A stretch of DNA of 56,205 bases from Prolixibacteraceae bacterium (GTDB lineage: Bacteria > Bacteroidota > Bacteroidia > Bacteroidales > Prolixibacteraceae), in NCBI GenBank assembly GCA_007116765.1, contig SKHV01000088.1:1-56205 (forward strand), written 5' to 3'. The position numbers and the translations under genes are program-made. Positions within the stretch are counted from its first letter, which is position 1, and each line of letters opens with the position of its first letter. Shown here piece after piece: positions 10,120-20,778 of the stretch. The notes under the pieces are model-generated. The model made no database searches and was not told the DNA's origin. It was given only the letters and a program-made list of their open reading frames with translations.

Positions 10120-10845
10120 ATGAAAGCATTAAGAATAAGTTCAATTATTGTGTTATTAGGAGCATTACTTGCATCACTTTTTGTTTCGTGTAACTATAGT
10201 TCAAATAGAGTTGAAAGTGTGGATAGCAAAACAAAACTGCATGAAGTAAAAAACTTCAATCAAATTATGCTTGTGGGTGGCTATAACGTTACTTTAATAC
10301 AAAGTTCCGATTCGGAAATCATTATTGATGCCGAAGAAAAGTTTCATGATAAAACCGATATCTACGTGAAGAATGAAACGCTATATCTGAAAATGAAAAA
10401 GAATCAAATAAGCACTGACTCTAAAATAAATGTTGAAATTTCATTCATTGAATTAGAAAAAATAACCGTTGAAGGAGGTGTTGTTTTGAATACTGATGGT
10501 TTTATAAAATGCGATAATTTTGATATTCATATAAAAGGAGGAGCACATTCAAATATAAAAATAAAAGCGAACCACATAAATGCTAAAGGTGAAGGTGGTG
10601 TAAATATGCGCTTTGAAGGTGTAAGCGACACCTTTACCGTATCGACCGAAGGTGCCGGAAATATTGATGCCCGCCACTTAAAGTCGCGTGTTGTGAACTG
10701 TAGAGTAGCAGGCGTGGGCAATGCATCGGTTTATGCAACCGATGAGCTTTTTGCAAATGTAGAAGGACTGGGACGGATTAATTATCGTGGCAACCCTGAG
10801 GTACATAAAAATGTGCAGGGCATTGGTGTTGTTCATCGCAAATAA
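10120..10845 (+). CDS. Lipoprotein with head GIN / DUF2807 (putative auto-transporter adhesin) beta-helix domain
   Basis: Lipobox FVSC; repeated xxGxG beta-solenoid units; typical end GLGRINYRGNP...GIGVV. Confidence 0.85.
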   Translation: MKALRISSIIVLLGALLASLFVSCNYSSNRVESVDSKTKLHEVKNFNQIMLVGGYNVTLIQSSDSEIIIDAEEKFHDKTDIYVKNETLYLKMKKNQISTDSKINVEISFIELEKITVEGGVVLNTDGFIKCDNFDIHIKGGAHSNIKIKANHINAKGEGGVNMRFEGVSDTFTVSTEGAGNIDARHLKSRVVNCRVAGVGNASVYATDELFANVEGLGRINYRGNPEVHKNVQGIGVVHRK

Positions 10846-10850
10846 ACCTA

Positions 10851-11837
10851 TTAAGTTAGAAGGTGTACCATAACTGCCTTTATTGTATGCATGCGGTTTT
10901 CGGCCTGATCGAATACAACCGAAGCTTTACTCTCGAACACTTCGTTGGTCACTTCAATTCCATCCATACCAAATTTCTCAAAAATTTCTTTTCCTACTGT
11001 TGTATTTGTATCGTGAAAAGCGGGTAAACAATGCAAAAATTTAACATTGCCGTTTCCAGTTTTTTTCATTAGTTCTGAATTCACCTGAAAAGGCTTCAGA
11101 AGTGCGATTCTTTCTTCCCACAACTCAATGGGTTCGCCCATCGAAACCCACACGTCGGTATATACAAAATCACAGTTTGCCACTGCTTCATCAACATTGT
11201 CGCTTAGTGTAATTCTAGCGCCGGTTTCTTTCGCTATTTTTTTACAACTATTGACCAGTTCAGAATCGGGCTGAAACGTTTCAGGAGCACAGGCCCTGAA
11301 ATCGATTCCCATTTTTGCACTGCCTACCATGAGCGAGTTTCCCATGTTATTACGGGCATCGCCAATATAACAAAGTTTCATTTGATTTAAGGGCTTTGCG
11401 CAATGCTCCTGCATGGTAAGGAAATCGGCCAATACCTGAGTGGGATGAAACTCATTGGTAAGCCCGTTAAAAACCGGCACCCCGGAGTACTGAGCCAATT
11501 CTTCAACAATCTGCTGCCCATATCCACGGTATTCAATGGCATGGTACATGCGCCCCAAAACCCTGGCAGTATCCTTTATGCTTTCCTTGTGACCTATTTG
11601 AGATCCTGTAGGCCCCAGATAGCTTACTTTTGCCCCCTGATCGAAAGCAGCAACCTCAAAGGCACAACGTGTGCGGGTAGACGATTTTTCAAATATCAGT
11701 GCGATATTTTTCCCTGTAAGATTTTTTTTCTCGCTTGCCTGTTGCTTAGCATGTTTCAATTTTGCCGACAACTCAAGTAAGAGATTTATTTCTTCGGGTT
11801 CATAGTCCAGTAATTTCAAAAAATGTTTGTTCTTCAT
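10851..11837 (-). CDS. argF: Ornithine carbamoyltransferase
   Basis: FEKSSTRTR carbamoyl-phosphate motif, [26 protein letters not shown]. Confidence 0.95.
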   Translation of the reverse strand: MKNKHFLKLLDYEPEEINLLLELSAKLKHAKQQASEKKNLTGKNIALIFEKSSTRTRCAFEVAAFDQGAKVSYLGPTGSQIGHKESIKDTARVLGRMYHAIEYRGYGQQIVEELAQYSGVPVFNGLTNEFHPTQVLADFLTMQEHCAKPLNQMKLCYIGDARNNMGNSLMVGSAKMGIDFRACAPETFQPDSELVNSCKKIAKETGARITLSDNVDEAVANCDFVYTDVWVSMGEPIELWEERIALLKPFQVNSELMKKTGNGNVKFLHCLPAFHDTNTTVGKEIFEKFGMDGIEVTNEVFESKASVVFDQAENRMHTIKAVMVHLLT

Positions 11838-11841
11838 GTTT

Positions 11842-12816
11842 TTATATTTTCATTGTAATTTTTGTTCCATAACTTTTATCGGCCAGTTTTCGAGCCTCGG
11901 TAATTACGCTTTGTTTTCCTCCTTTTTCAAGAAAAAGTAAAGCGGCTCTAACCTTTGGTTCCATAGTACCTTCGGAAAATACGCCTTGTGCAAGATAATT
12001 ATTCGTGCTAGCATAATCGAGAAATTCGAGCTTTTCTTGAGTAGGCAGGCCAAAATCTTTGTACACAAAAGGCACATCGGTTAAAATATAAAGTTCGTCG
12101 GCATTAATTTGTGCAGCCAGTTGTGCTGAGGCCAAATCTTTGTCAACTACGCCGTTTACAGTACGCACACCACCTTTATCATCGAAAAAAACAGGCACAC
12201 CGCCTCCTCCGGCAGCTATCACTATAGTTCCGCTATTGGCAAGTTGCTTTATGGTTTCCGAATTGAAAATAGTCAGAGGAAAAGGAGAAGGCACCACTCT
12301 TCGGAAAGCTTCGGCTCTTTTCGAAGTAGGTTTAAATTGCCAGCCTTTTGTATCGGCTAAAATCTTTGCCTCTTGACTGCTGTAAAATTTACCAATCCGC
12401 TTACTTGGGTTTTCAATTGAGTTGTCGTAAGGGCTAACTTCAACCATGGAAACCAGAGTTACTACATTACGTTGAATACCATGTTCAACCAACACGTTGC
12501 GCAGTATTCGTTCAATCATGTAACCAATACCGCCCTGCGAATCGGCTACACATACATTCAGTGGCATTTGAACAATATCGTACATTTGCTCACCTGCATC
12601 GTTTCGCATAAGTATGTTGCCAATTTGCGGACCGTTACCATGCGTTATTACCAGGTTACAACCAAGTTTCAGAAGAAAAACCAGATTTTCTATCGTGTCG
12701 TAGGTATTGGATTCCTGCTCTTCAATTGTACCTTTTTCGTTGTCGCGCAAAAGAGCATTCCCTCCTAATGCAACTACAGCTAATTTTCTCTTAGGCTTAC
12801 TCATATAACTTACCAT
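11842..12816 (-). CDS. arcC: Carbamate kinase
   Basis: [51 protein letters not shown]. Start could be the second Met. Confidence 0.94.
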   Translation of the reverse strand: MVSYMSKPKRKLAVVALGGNALLRDNEKGTIEEQESNTYDTIENLVFLLKLGCNLVITHGNGPQIGNILMRNDAGEQMYDIVQMPLNVCVADSQGGIGYMIERILRNVLVEHGIQRNVVTLVSMVEVSPYDNSIENPSKRIGKFYSSQEAKILADTKGWQFKPTSKRAEAFRRVVPSPFPLTIFNSETIKQLANSGTIVIAAGGGGVPVFFDDKGGVRTVNGVVDKDLASAQLAAQINADELYILTDVPFVYKDFGLPTQEKLEFLDYASTNNYLAQGVFSEGTMEPKVRAALLFLEKGGKQSVITEARKLADKSYGTKITMKI

Positions 12817-12876
12817 TAATCATGCACAATAAACATACAACATTCGCGTAATAAAAAACCTGACTTTTTACTTATT

Positions 12877-12884
12877 CAAATATA
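12877..12884 (-). promoter_or_regulatory. Bacteroidota -7 promoter element for arcC-argF
   Basis: CAAATATA on + reads TATATTTG on -, matching TAnnTTTG, about 60 nt upstream of arcC. Confidence 0.5.
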
Positions 12885-13015
12885 AACATACATGAATATA
12901 GAGCTTGATTCCATCTATTTTGATAAATTTGCACACAATACTTAAAGGAGCAGAAATAAGTTTATTTTTTTAAGAAATTGTTTATATTCCTGATTAAATA
13001 TTAATGTAAAATTGA

Positions 13016-15472
13016 ATGGCTAAAACTAAAGGTAGAAATAACGGCACAAAAACTTCGAAAAATACCGCAATAAAATCTGATACCGAGAACAAGGTAAAAA
13101 TTGAAAAAGTACGTTTTGTCTTAGGAATTGCACTCCTCGCATTTTCGGTATTTTTACTTTTTGCTTTTGGAAGTTTCCTGTTTAATGCTGAAACTGATCA
13201 AAGTAAATTACAGCTTGACTGGTTAAATTTAATTAAAGACTCTTCAATAAAAGTAAATAACATCACAGGCAAAACAGGAGCCTGGTTTGCCGATTTATTC
13301 ATTAACCGTTGGTTTGGCTTATCATCGTTTCTCTTTTTATATATAAGCACCATCTTGGGTTTCAAACTGCTTAACCTTAACGTCAAATCGTTACTTTCCA
13401 AAACAATAAAAACTCTGGTGCTGATTATTTGGCTGTCAGTAGCACTTGGATTCATTTTCAGCTCAAAATATCCTGTTTTTCATATTTATCCCGGCGGAAG
13501 TTATGGTTATCATATTTCAATTTGGATGGTTTCACTAACCGGAAAAGTTGGCACATCAATCATTTTATTTATCAGTCTGTTAATATTCTTGGTTATTGCA
13601 GTCGACAACTTCATAGGTATGCTTAAAAGCATTAATCTTAAATCGAAAAACCCTGAAGGCGTTTTATTTGATGAAGCAAAAAACATAAATGAAACTGACG
13701 ACCTTAAAGCTCACGATGAAACTGAGGAAAAAAATAGATCACAAGAAAAAGAAGCTCATTCGCTTATTGATTTAAACCTTACCGAAACCTACAACGAAAA
13801 CGATGATGATGTAGAGTTTGAAGTAAGTGAAAAGATCAACCCAACCTCAAACACCACAGCCGTAGCAGAAATTCAAACCAAAACAATTTCAGCACATGGT
13901 GAAGAAGATGATCTTGAAATGACAGTAGAGAAAAAAGAAGAGGCGATTGAGGAATATGTAACACCACTTGAGGATTACGACCCTACACTTGATCTTTCAC
14001 GATATGAATACCCCGGAATTGATTTACTTGAAGATTATTCACACCTTAAACTTGAAGTAAGCGACGATGAACTGAAAGAGAATAAAAATCGTATTGTTGA
14101 AACACTCCGAAATTTCAAAATAGAAATCACAAAAATCAAAGCCACCATTGGCCCAACAGTTACCCTATACGAAATTGTACCTGCACAAGGTATACGAATA
14201 TCAAAAATTAAAAACCTCGAAGACGACATTGCATTGAGTTTATCGGCACTTGGGATTAGAATTATTGCACCAATTCCCGGTCGCGGGACAATTGGTATTG
14301 AAGTACCAAACCGCAAACCACAAGTAGTTTCAATGCGTTCAATAATTGCTTCGAAAAAGTTTCAGAGTTCAACAGCTGAACTTCCCATTGCTATGGGGCG
14401 TACTATTTCGAATGAAATATTTGCTTTCGACTTAACCAAAATGCCACATATGCTGGTTGCCGGAGCTACCGGGCAGGGAAAATCGGTAGGATTAAATGCC
14501 ATTATCACCTCAATTCTATTTAAAAAACACCCTTCGCAGGTAAAGTTTGTGTTTATCGATCCCAAAAAGGTAGAGCTGAATTTATACTCAATTATCGAAA
14601 AACACTTTCTTGCCAAACTACCCGATGCCGAAGAACCTATCATTACCGATGTGGAGAAAGTAAAGATTACCCTTAACTCGGTGGGAATTGAAATGGATAA
14701 CCGTTACGATTTGCTCAAAATGGCTCATTCGCGCAATGTTAAGGAATACAATAAAAAATTCATTGAAAGAAACCTTAATCCCGAGAAGGGACACCGGTTT
14801 TTACCCTATATAGTAGTGGTAATTGACGAATTTGCTGACTTAATTATGACTGCCGGAAAAGAAGTAGAGTTGCCCATAGCGCGTATTGCACAACTTGCCC
14901 GGGCAGTAGGCATACACATGATAATTGCTACCCAACGACCATCAGCTAACATCATTACAGGGGTAATCAAAGCAAACTTTCCTTCGCGTATTGCCTTTAA
15001 AGTAGCCTCAATGATTGACTCACGCACCATACTTGACCAATCCGGTGCCAACCAGCTTATCGGAAAAGGCGATATGCTGTTTTCTTCAGGAAGCGAGCTA
15101 ATACGACTTCAATGTGCCTTGGTCGATACTCCTGAAGTAGAACGCATATGCGAACACATTGCAAAACAACAGGCCTACCCTACAGCTTATATATTACCCG
15201 AATACGTGGGAGAAGAAGGCGACTACCCCGGAGCAGTAGATCTGAACAGCCGTGACGAATTTTTCGATGATGCAGCACGAATTGTGGTATTAAACCAACA
15301 GGGCTCAACATCGATGATACAGCGTAAGTTTTCAATTGGATATAATCGTGCTGGCCGAATAATGGATCAACTTGAGGCTGCAGGCATAGTAGGAGGCAGC
15401 GAAGGAAGTAAAGCCCGTAAGGTTATAATACAAGACGAATATACTTTGGAACAATTATTGAATTCACTTTAA
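13016..15472 (+). CDS. ftsK: DNA translocase FtsK
   Basis: N-terminal 4TM domain, acidic linker, PHMLVAGATGQGKS Walker A, VVIDEFADL, ATQRPS, gamma domain IGYNRAGRIMDQLE. Confidence 0.97.
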   Translation: MAKTKGRNNGTKTSKNTAIKSDTENKVKIEKVRFVLGIALLAFSVFLLFAFGSFLFNAETDQSKLQLDWLNLIKDSSIKVNNITGKTGAWFADLFINRWFGLSSFLFLYISTILGFKLLNLNVKSLLSKTIKTLVLIIWLSVALGFIFSSKYPVFHIYPGGSYGYHISIWMVSLTGKVGTSIILFISLLIFLVIAVDNFIGMLKSINLKSKNPEGVLFDEAKNINETDDLKAHDETEEKNRSQEKEAHSLIDLNLTETYNENDDDVEFEVSEKINPTSNTTAVAEIQTKTISAHGEEDDLEMTVEKKEEAIEEYVTPLEDYDPTLDLSRYEYPGIDLLEDYSHLKLEVSDDELKENKNRIVETLRNFKIEITKIKATIGPTVTLYEIVPAQGIRISKIKNLEDDIALSLSALGIRIIAPIPGRGTIGIEVPNRKPQVVSMRSIIASKKFQSSTAELPIAMGRTISNEIFAFDLTKMPHMLVAGATGQGKSVGLNAIITSILFKKHPSQVKFVFIDPKKVELNLYSIIEKHFLAKLPDAEEPIITDVEKVKITLNSVGIEMDNRYDLLKMAHSRNVKEYNKKFIERNLNPEKGHRFLPYIVVVIDEFADLIMTAGKEVELPIARIAQLARAVGIHMIIATQRPSANIITGVIKANFPSRIAFKVASMIDSRTILDQSGANQLIGKGDMLFSSGSELIRLQCALVDTPEVERICEHIAKQQAYPTAYILPEYVGEEGDYPGAVDLNSRDEFFDDAARIVVLNQQGSTSMIQRKFSIGYNRAGRIMDQLEAAGIVGGSEGSKARKVIIQDEYTLEQLLNSL

Positions 15473-15486
15473 TAAAATATATAAAA

Positions 15487-16122
15487 ATGAAGCATACATT
15501 ATTACTTCTCACATTACTTATCAGTATTTCACTGGGTCTAATGGCCGATGAAAAAGCTAAAGCTATTCTGGATAAAGTATCAGAAAATACTAAAAGCAAA
15601 ACCAGCATTACTGCTGACTTTGAATTTATTATGGAAAATATTGCAGCCGGTATCAAAGAGTCGAACAACGGCAACATCATTATCCAGAACGATAAGTACA
15701 AACTTAGTATAAGCGGAATTGAAATTATGAGCAATGGCGTTTCGATGTGGACATACATGCCAGATGCAGGCGAGGTTAGTATAAGCGATGCCAATAATTT
15801 TGAAGACGATATTAATCCCGCAACAATATTTACCATATATGAACATGGTTTTGACTACACCTTCCTTGGCGAAGCGCAAAGAGGAAATAAGCGGATTTTC
15901 AAAATTGATCTTGTTCCTACTGTAGAAAGAGAATTTAGCCGCGTGGTGCTTGACATAGATCAATCAAACTACCAATTAGTCGGAGCAGTAATGTATGGTA
16001 TTGACGGAAATCGATATTTGATTGATATCCTAAATTACACAACAGATAAAAATTACGCCAATTCAACTTTTTCGTTCGATAGTTCGAAAAACCCTGATGT
16101 AACTGTGATTGATATGCGTTAA
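15487..16122 (+). CDS. lolA: Outer-membrane lipoprotein carrier LolA family protein
   Basis: Signal peptide, SNGVSMWTY motif, C-terminal VIDMR, position directly after ftsK. Confidence 0.85.
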   Translation: MKHTLLLLTLLISISLGLMADEKAKAILDKVSENTKSKTSITADFEFIMENIAAGIKESNNGNIIIQNDKYKLSISGIEIMSNGVSMWTYMPDAGEVSISDANNFEDDINPATIFTIYEHGFDYTFLGEAQRGNKRIFKIDLVPTVEREFSRVVLDIDQSNYQLVGAVMYGIDGNRYLIDILNYTTDKNYANSTFSFDSSKNPDVTVIDMR

Positions 16123-16541
16123 TCAATAAGCGACTCAATACCAAGCCTATACGAATCGAGACCAAAACCCAAAATACCACCTTTACAAACAGATCCAATT
16201 ACCGATTCATGTCTGAAATTTTCACGGGTAAGAATATTGGAAATATGTACTTCTACAACAGGTGATTTTATAGCAGCTATGGCATCTCTTATGGCAATTG
16301 AAGTATGCGTATAAGCACCTGCATTTATAATAATACCATGATATGTAAAGCCCACCTCATGTAATTTATCAATTATTTCACCTTCAATATTAGACTGAAA
16401 ATAATCTATTGATATATGTAGATATCTGTCTCTTAGCCTTTCAAGATATGTTTCGAAATTGGAGTTACCATAAATACTCTCCTCTCTCTTACCCAGCAAA
16501 TTAAGATTTGGGCCATTTATAATAATTATTTTAATTTTCAT
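16119..16541 (-). CDS. aroQ: Type II 3-dehydroquinate dehydratase
   Basis: NGPNLNLLGKRE, QSNIEG, INAGAYTHTS, EVHISN, RENFRH. Confidence 0.96.
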   Translation of the reverse strand: MKIKIIIINGPNLNLLGKREESIYGNSNFETYLERLRDRYLHISIDYFQSNIEGEIIDKLHEVGFTYHGIIINAGAYTHTSIAIRDAIAAIKSPVVEVHISNILTRENFRHESVIGSVCKGGILGFGLDSYRLGIESLID

Positions 16542-16581
16542 TCGTATATTTAACTTTTTAAAACTTAAATTTTTATAAAAA

Positions 16582-16589
16582 CAAAAATA
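16582..16589 (-). promoter_or_regulatory. -7 promoter element for aroQ
   Basis: CAAAAATA on + reads TATTTTTG on -, 40 nt upstream of the start; the AT-rich context lowers certainty. Confidence 0.4.
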
Positions 16590-16663
16590 GTAAAAATTTT
16601 ACGTTGAATTAGAACCAAAACAAAACAATATTGTTAAGTGTATAAACAATTAAATTAAATAAT

Positions 16664-17563
16664 ATGAAATGGGAAGAAAGCATCAAAGGATTTGGTGAGT
16701 ATTTGCGTTTAGAAAAAGGCCTTTCTCAGAACTCTATTAATGCATATGTCAATGATATAACAAAGCTCTTAGAATTTCTGAAGAAGAACTACAAAGGCAT
16801 AACTCCACAAAAAGTAAAACTGCTTCATTTAAAGGGTTTTATTGAATTTTTAAATGAAAAAGGCGTAAGTCCGAGAACTCAAGCCAGAACGATTTCGGGA
16901 ATAAAATCATTTTTCAAATATTTGCTTATCGAAGACAAAGTGAAGAGCGATCCCACATCGTTACTCGAAGCACCTAAGGTTGGACGTAAGCTACCTGAAA
17001 TTTTAACCCCCGATGAAATTGACCTGATGATTGACACCATCGACATCGAAAAACCCGAGGGGCAAAGAAATAGGGCAATTGTTGAAACACTATACAGTTG
17101 CGGGCTCAGGGTTTCTGAACTTGTTTCAGTTAAAATGAGCAATATGTTCTTCAAAAAAGGCTATGTCAAAATTGAAGGCAAGGCAGGCAAAGAAAGATTA
17201 GTTCCTATAAGCCCAAAAGCAATCTCTGAAATTGAGAAATATCTTAAAGGATATAGAAAACAATTAAAAGTTGGCAAAGGAGATGAGGATGTTCTGTTCC
17301 TTAACCGCCGTGGGCAAAGGTTGAGCAGGGTAATGATTTTTACCATTATCAAAAACCTTGCAGCGCAGGTAAACATTAAAAAGAAAATCAGCCCTCACAC
17401 CTTCAGGCACTCATTTGCAACACATTTAATTGAGGGTGGAGCCGATTTGAGAGCTGTACAGGATATGCTCGGACACGAGTCGATTCTGACTACAGAAATC
17501 TATACTCATTTAGACAAAGACTACTTGAAAAGTACTATCAATCAATATCATCCACGTTCGTAA
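16664..17563 (+). CDS. xerD: Site-specific tyrosine recombinase XerD
   Basis: EKGLSQNSINAY, YSCGLRVSEL (R), GKAGKERLVP (K), SPHTFRHSFATH (HxxR), LGH, TTEIYTH (Y); housekeeping context. Confidence 0.9.
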   Translation: MKWEESIKGFGEYLRLEKGLSQNSINAYVNDITKLLEFLKKNYKGITPQKVKLLHLKGFIEFLNEKGVSPRTQARTISGIKSFFKYLLIEDKVKSDPTSLLEAPKVGRKLPEILTPDEIDLMIDTIDIEKPEGQRNRAIVETLYSCGLRVSELVSVKMSNMFFKKGYVKIEGKAGKERLVPISPKAISEIEKYLKGYRKQLKVGKGDEDVLFLNRRGQRLSRVMIFTIIKNLAAQVNIKKKISPHTFRHSFATHLIEGGADLRAVQDMLGHESILTTEIYTHLDKDYLKSTINQYHPRS

Positions 17564-17578
17564 CTACTATTAAAGCAT

Positions 17579-17614
17579 AAAAAAAAGCTGCAAATTAAAT
17601 TTGCAGCTTTTTTT
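17579..17614. terminator. Bidirectional intrinsic terminator between xerD and pckG
   Basis: A8-GCTGCAAATT-A-AATTTGCAGC-T7 inverted repeat between convergent genes. Confidence 0.9.
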
Positions 17615-17634
17615 ATTATATAATTTGAAATATA

Positions 17635-19425
17635 CTATTTCAAACTTGCTTTGAGTTTTTCATACTCTGCTTTGAGTTCTTTTGGGAATGCATCACCAAA
17701 TTGAGCCTGATGCTCAGCAATTAGTTCGCATTCGTCTAACCAACGTTTGTTATCAACTTCAAGAAGTTCGTCCATCAATTCAGCTTGTCCTTCAAGGCCA
17801 TCAATATTGATATCTTCTTTCTTAGGAATAAATCCAATTGGAGTTTCAACTGCATCTACTTTACCAATTACGCGGTCAAGTATCCATCCCAGTACGCGAA
17901 TGTTGTCACCGAATCCTGGCCACAAGAATTTACCATCGTCGCTTTTACGGAACCAGTTCACGTTGAAAATCATAGGAAGTTTCTCAGGAGCTGGAGCATT
18001 AGCACCAATATTAATCCAGTGTTGGAAGTAATCGCCCATGTTGTATCCCATAAATGGCAACATTGCAAATGGGTCGCGGCGCACCCCTGCTTTCAAACCG
18101 ATAGCAGCAGCAGTTACTTCAGAACCTACAATTGAACCCATAAACACACCGTGGTTCCAGTCTTTGGCTTGATATACCAATGGTACAGTATTTGGACGGC
18201 GACCACCAAATAAAAATGCTGAAATTGGCACTCCTTTAGGATCTTCCCATAAAGGATCGATTACCGGACACTGACTTGCAGGAGCAGTAAAACGAGCATT
18301 AGGGTGAGCTATTTGTACGTCGCTGCCAGTGGTATATTTTTCATTTTTCCATGTAATTGTTCCATCAGGACAATCCCATCCAATTGCTGGCCACCAAATG
18401 TCACCATCGGGAGTTAAACCGGTGTTGGTAAAAATGCTGTTTTCATTCAATGAAAGCATAGCATTCGGGTTTGTTTTCATTGAAGTATCAGGAGCAACAC
18501 CAAAGAAACCTGCTTCAGGGTTAATCGCACGTAATACGCCTTCTTCGTCGAATTTCATCCACGCAATGTCGTCACCCACACATTCAACTTTGTATCCAGG
18601 AATACTTGGAACAAGCATAGCAAGGTTTGTTTTACCACATGCACTAGGGAACGCAGCTGCAATATATTTTTTCTCTCCAGCAGGGTTAGTAATACCCATA
18701 ATAAGCATGTGCTCAGCTAGCCAGCCTTCGCGATTTGCCATTGTTGAAGCAATACGTAAAGCCAAACATTTTTTACCAAGTAATGCATTACCACCGTAAC
18801 CCGATCCAAAAGACCAAATTTCGTTGGTTTCAGGGAAGTGAGAAATGTACTTATCGTCGATGTTTGAAGCACATGGCCATTTCACATCTTTTTGTCCGGG
18901 CTCAAGAGGAGCTCCAACTGTGTGAATACATGGAATAAAGTCTCCATCGCCTAATACATCCAGAACGGCTTTACCCATACGGGTCATAATACGCATATTC
19001 ACCACAACATATGCTGAATCGGTTATCTCGACACCAATTTTAGCAATGTCTGAACCAAGAGGTCCCATGCTGAATGGAATAACGTACATGGTACGACCTT
19101 TCATACAACCTTTGTAACTTTCAAGCATTTCTGCCTTCATCTTATCAGGAGCCATCCAGTTGTTGGTTGGGCCGGCATCTTCTTCTTTTTCAGTACAAAT
19201 GAATGTGCGGTTTTCAACACGTGCCACATCACTTGGATCACTTTGGAAATAGTAACTATTAGGACGTTTTTCTTCGTTCAACTTTACAGCTGAACCGGCC
19301 TCTACCATTTCGTTTAATAACCTTTGGTTCTCTTCTTCAGAACCATCTACCCAGTATACATTGTCGGGTTGGCAAATTTCTGCCCATTCCTTAACCCAAT
19401 CCAAAAGCTTTTGGTTTTTTGTCAT
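17635..19425 (-). CDS. pckG: Phosphoenolpyruvate carboxykinase (GTP)
   Basis: [64 protein letters not shown]. Confidence 0.97.
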   Translation of the reverse strand: MTKNQKLLDWVKEWAEICQPDNVYWVDGSEEENQRLLNEMVEAGSAVKLNEEKRPNSYYFQSDPSDVARVENRTFICTEKEEDAGPTNNWMAPDKMKAEMLESYKGCMKGRTMYVIPFSMGPLGSDIAKIGVEITDSAYVVVNMRIMTRMGKAVLDVLGDGDFIPCIHTVGAPLEPGQKDVKWPCASNIDDKYISHFPETNEIWSFGSGYGGNALLGKKCLALRIASTMANREGWLAEHMLIMGITNPAGEKKYIAAAFPSACGKTNLAMLVPSIPGYKVECVGDDIAWMKFDEEGVLRAINPEAGFFGVAPDTSMKTNPNAMLSLNENSIFTNTGLTPDGDIWWPAIGWDCPDGTITWKNEKYTTGSDVQIAHPNARFTAPASQCPVIDPLWEDPKGVPISAFLFGGRRPNTVPLVYQAKDWNHGVFMGSIVGSEVTAAAIGLKAGVRRDPFAMLPFMGYNMGDYFQHWINIGANAPAPEKLPMIFNVNWFRKSDDGKFLWPGFGDNIRVLGWILDRVIGKVDAVETPIGFIPKKEDINIDGLEGQAELMDELLEVDNKRWLDECELIAEHQAQFGDAFPKELKAEYEKLKASLK

Positions 19426-19545
19426 ATCAATCCTTCTTTAAATAGTTAAAAAAATATTTGTTTATTTTTTTTTCTAGAAAAAATGTTTGATTCGAATTCT
19501 TCTTATAAACTGTCATTTAGCTACAAATATTCAACTCAAACCTCA

Positions 19546-19577
19546 CAAATATAACAAGATAAAGACCAAAATTCAAC
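19546..19577 (-). promoter_or_regulatory. Bacteroidota promoter for pckG
   Basis: On the - strand: GTTG (19577-19574), 20-nt spacer, TATATTTG (19553-19546). Confidence 0.55.
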
Positions 19578-19736
19578 TTTGGAACAGTCCAATCGGTTGT
19601 TATTTACAATTTGTTAATCTGAAAATTATTGTTCTATTTTCAACAAAAAAAAAGATCTTATCATTCAATGTTTTGCATTTGAATTATTATTTTAGCTTCA
19701 TCATAAATAGGAATTTTAAACAAAAAATATACGCAA

Positions 19737-20246
19737 ATGAAACGATGTACCTTCCTCTTGTTTTTTAGCTTAACCCTGCTCATTTCCTGCAACCAAAAAA
19801 CAAGTAAAACCGACAACACTGTAATAGAAATTGCCGAGTTACTTGAAATTGCCGATAAAAACATTGGCAATGAATTTACCTTATTAGGCACGGTAAGTCA
19901 TGTTTGCTCCCACTCGGGTCGAAGATGCTTCATTATTGACTCTACCGGAGATTTCTCGATACGTATTGAAGCGGCCGGCGAAATCAATAATTTTGGAAGG
20001 GAATTAATGGGAAATACCATAAAAGTAATAGGTTTGGTTCAAGAAACCCGCTTATCGGCAGCCGAAATTGACGAATGGGAAAAAGATATCGCCTCCGAAG
20101 AATCGTCGCATGCCGAAAGTGATGGTGAGCATTGCAGCGCCGAAATGGCCAATATTAATCGTATGCGCGAGTGGATGAAAGAACACGGCAGAGACTATTA
20201 TTCTATATACTACTTCGAGGGACAATCTTATGAAGTGGTTGACTAA
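19737..20246 (+). CDS. Hypothetical lipoprotein with OB-fold-like region and Cys/His motifs
   Basis: Lipobox LISC; GTVSHVCSHSGRRC; distal HCSAE; overlaps the next gene by 17 nt. Confidence 0.8.
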   Translation: MKRCTFLLFFSLTLLISCNQKTSKTDNTVIEIAELLEIADKNIGNEFTLLGTVSHVCSHSGRRCFIIDSTGDFSIRIEAAGEINNFGRELMGNTIKVIGLVQETRLSAAEIDEWEKDIASEESSHAESDGEHCSAEMANINRMREWMKEHGRDYYSIYYFEGQSYEVVD

Positions 20247-20778
20247 ACAAAACATTAGAAAATGGCTAAGAATAATTCACCGCGATCTGGGTTATTTTGT
20301 GGTGGGAATTACATTGGTTTATGCTATTTCGGGAATTATTCTCAACCATAAGAAACCACAGCAAGACCCGGCATATAAAACAATTCGCTACGACGAAACC
20401 GTGACCAAAAACATGAGCATAACCGAGTTGCAGGGTTATTTTACCGCCGAACATTCACCCCATAAGTTAAACAGGGTGTTGCCAAACAATAAACGTTACC
20501 AGCTTTTTATTTCGGGGGGCATTGGTTCATACGAGCCTGAAACCGGCAATTTACAGTTTGAGTTGTACAAAAAGAAACCTTTTGTATTTTTCATCAACAA
20601 GCTACATTACAACCAGAAAAAACACTGGACTGCACCTGCCGACTTTTATGCAGGAGCACTCATTTTCTTAGCTATTTCGGGCTTATTCATGGTGCGAGGG
20701 AAGAACAGCCTGTTGCAACGTGGGAAATGGTATGTAATTGCAGGCTTCCTAGCGGTACTGATTTTTTTATGGATTTAG
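20230..20778 (+). CDS. PepSY-associated TM helix domain protein
   Basis: RKWLRIIHRDLGY..G....YAISGIILNH, NKLH, ISGLFM motifs; 3 TM helices. Confidence 0.85.
   Translation: MKWLTKQNIRKWLRIIHRDLGYFVVGITLVYAISGIILNHKKPQQDPAYKTIRYDETVTKNMSITELQGYFTAEHSPHKLNRVLPNNKRYQLFISGGIGSYEPETGNLQFELYKKKPFVFFINKLHYNQKKHWTAPADFYAGALIFLAISGLFMVRGKNSLLQRGKWYVIAGFLAVLIFLWI

Noticed and set aside
12885-12960. Possible ArgR box upstream of arcC
   Set aside because: Only a half-site-like ATGAATA; no convincing palindrome.
16664-17563. xerD as the integrase of a mobile element; dif site near ftsK/xerD
   Set aside because: Typical chromosomal XerD among housekeeping genes; I saw no att repeats, cargo or dif-like 28-mer.
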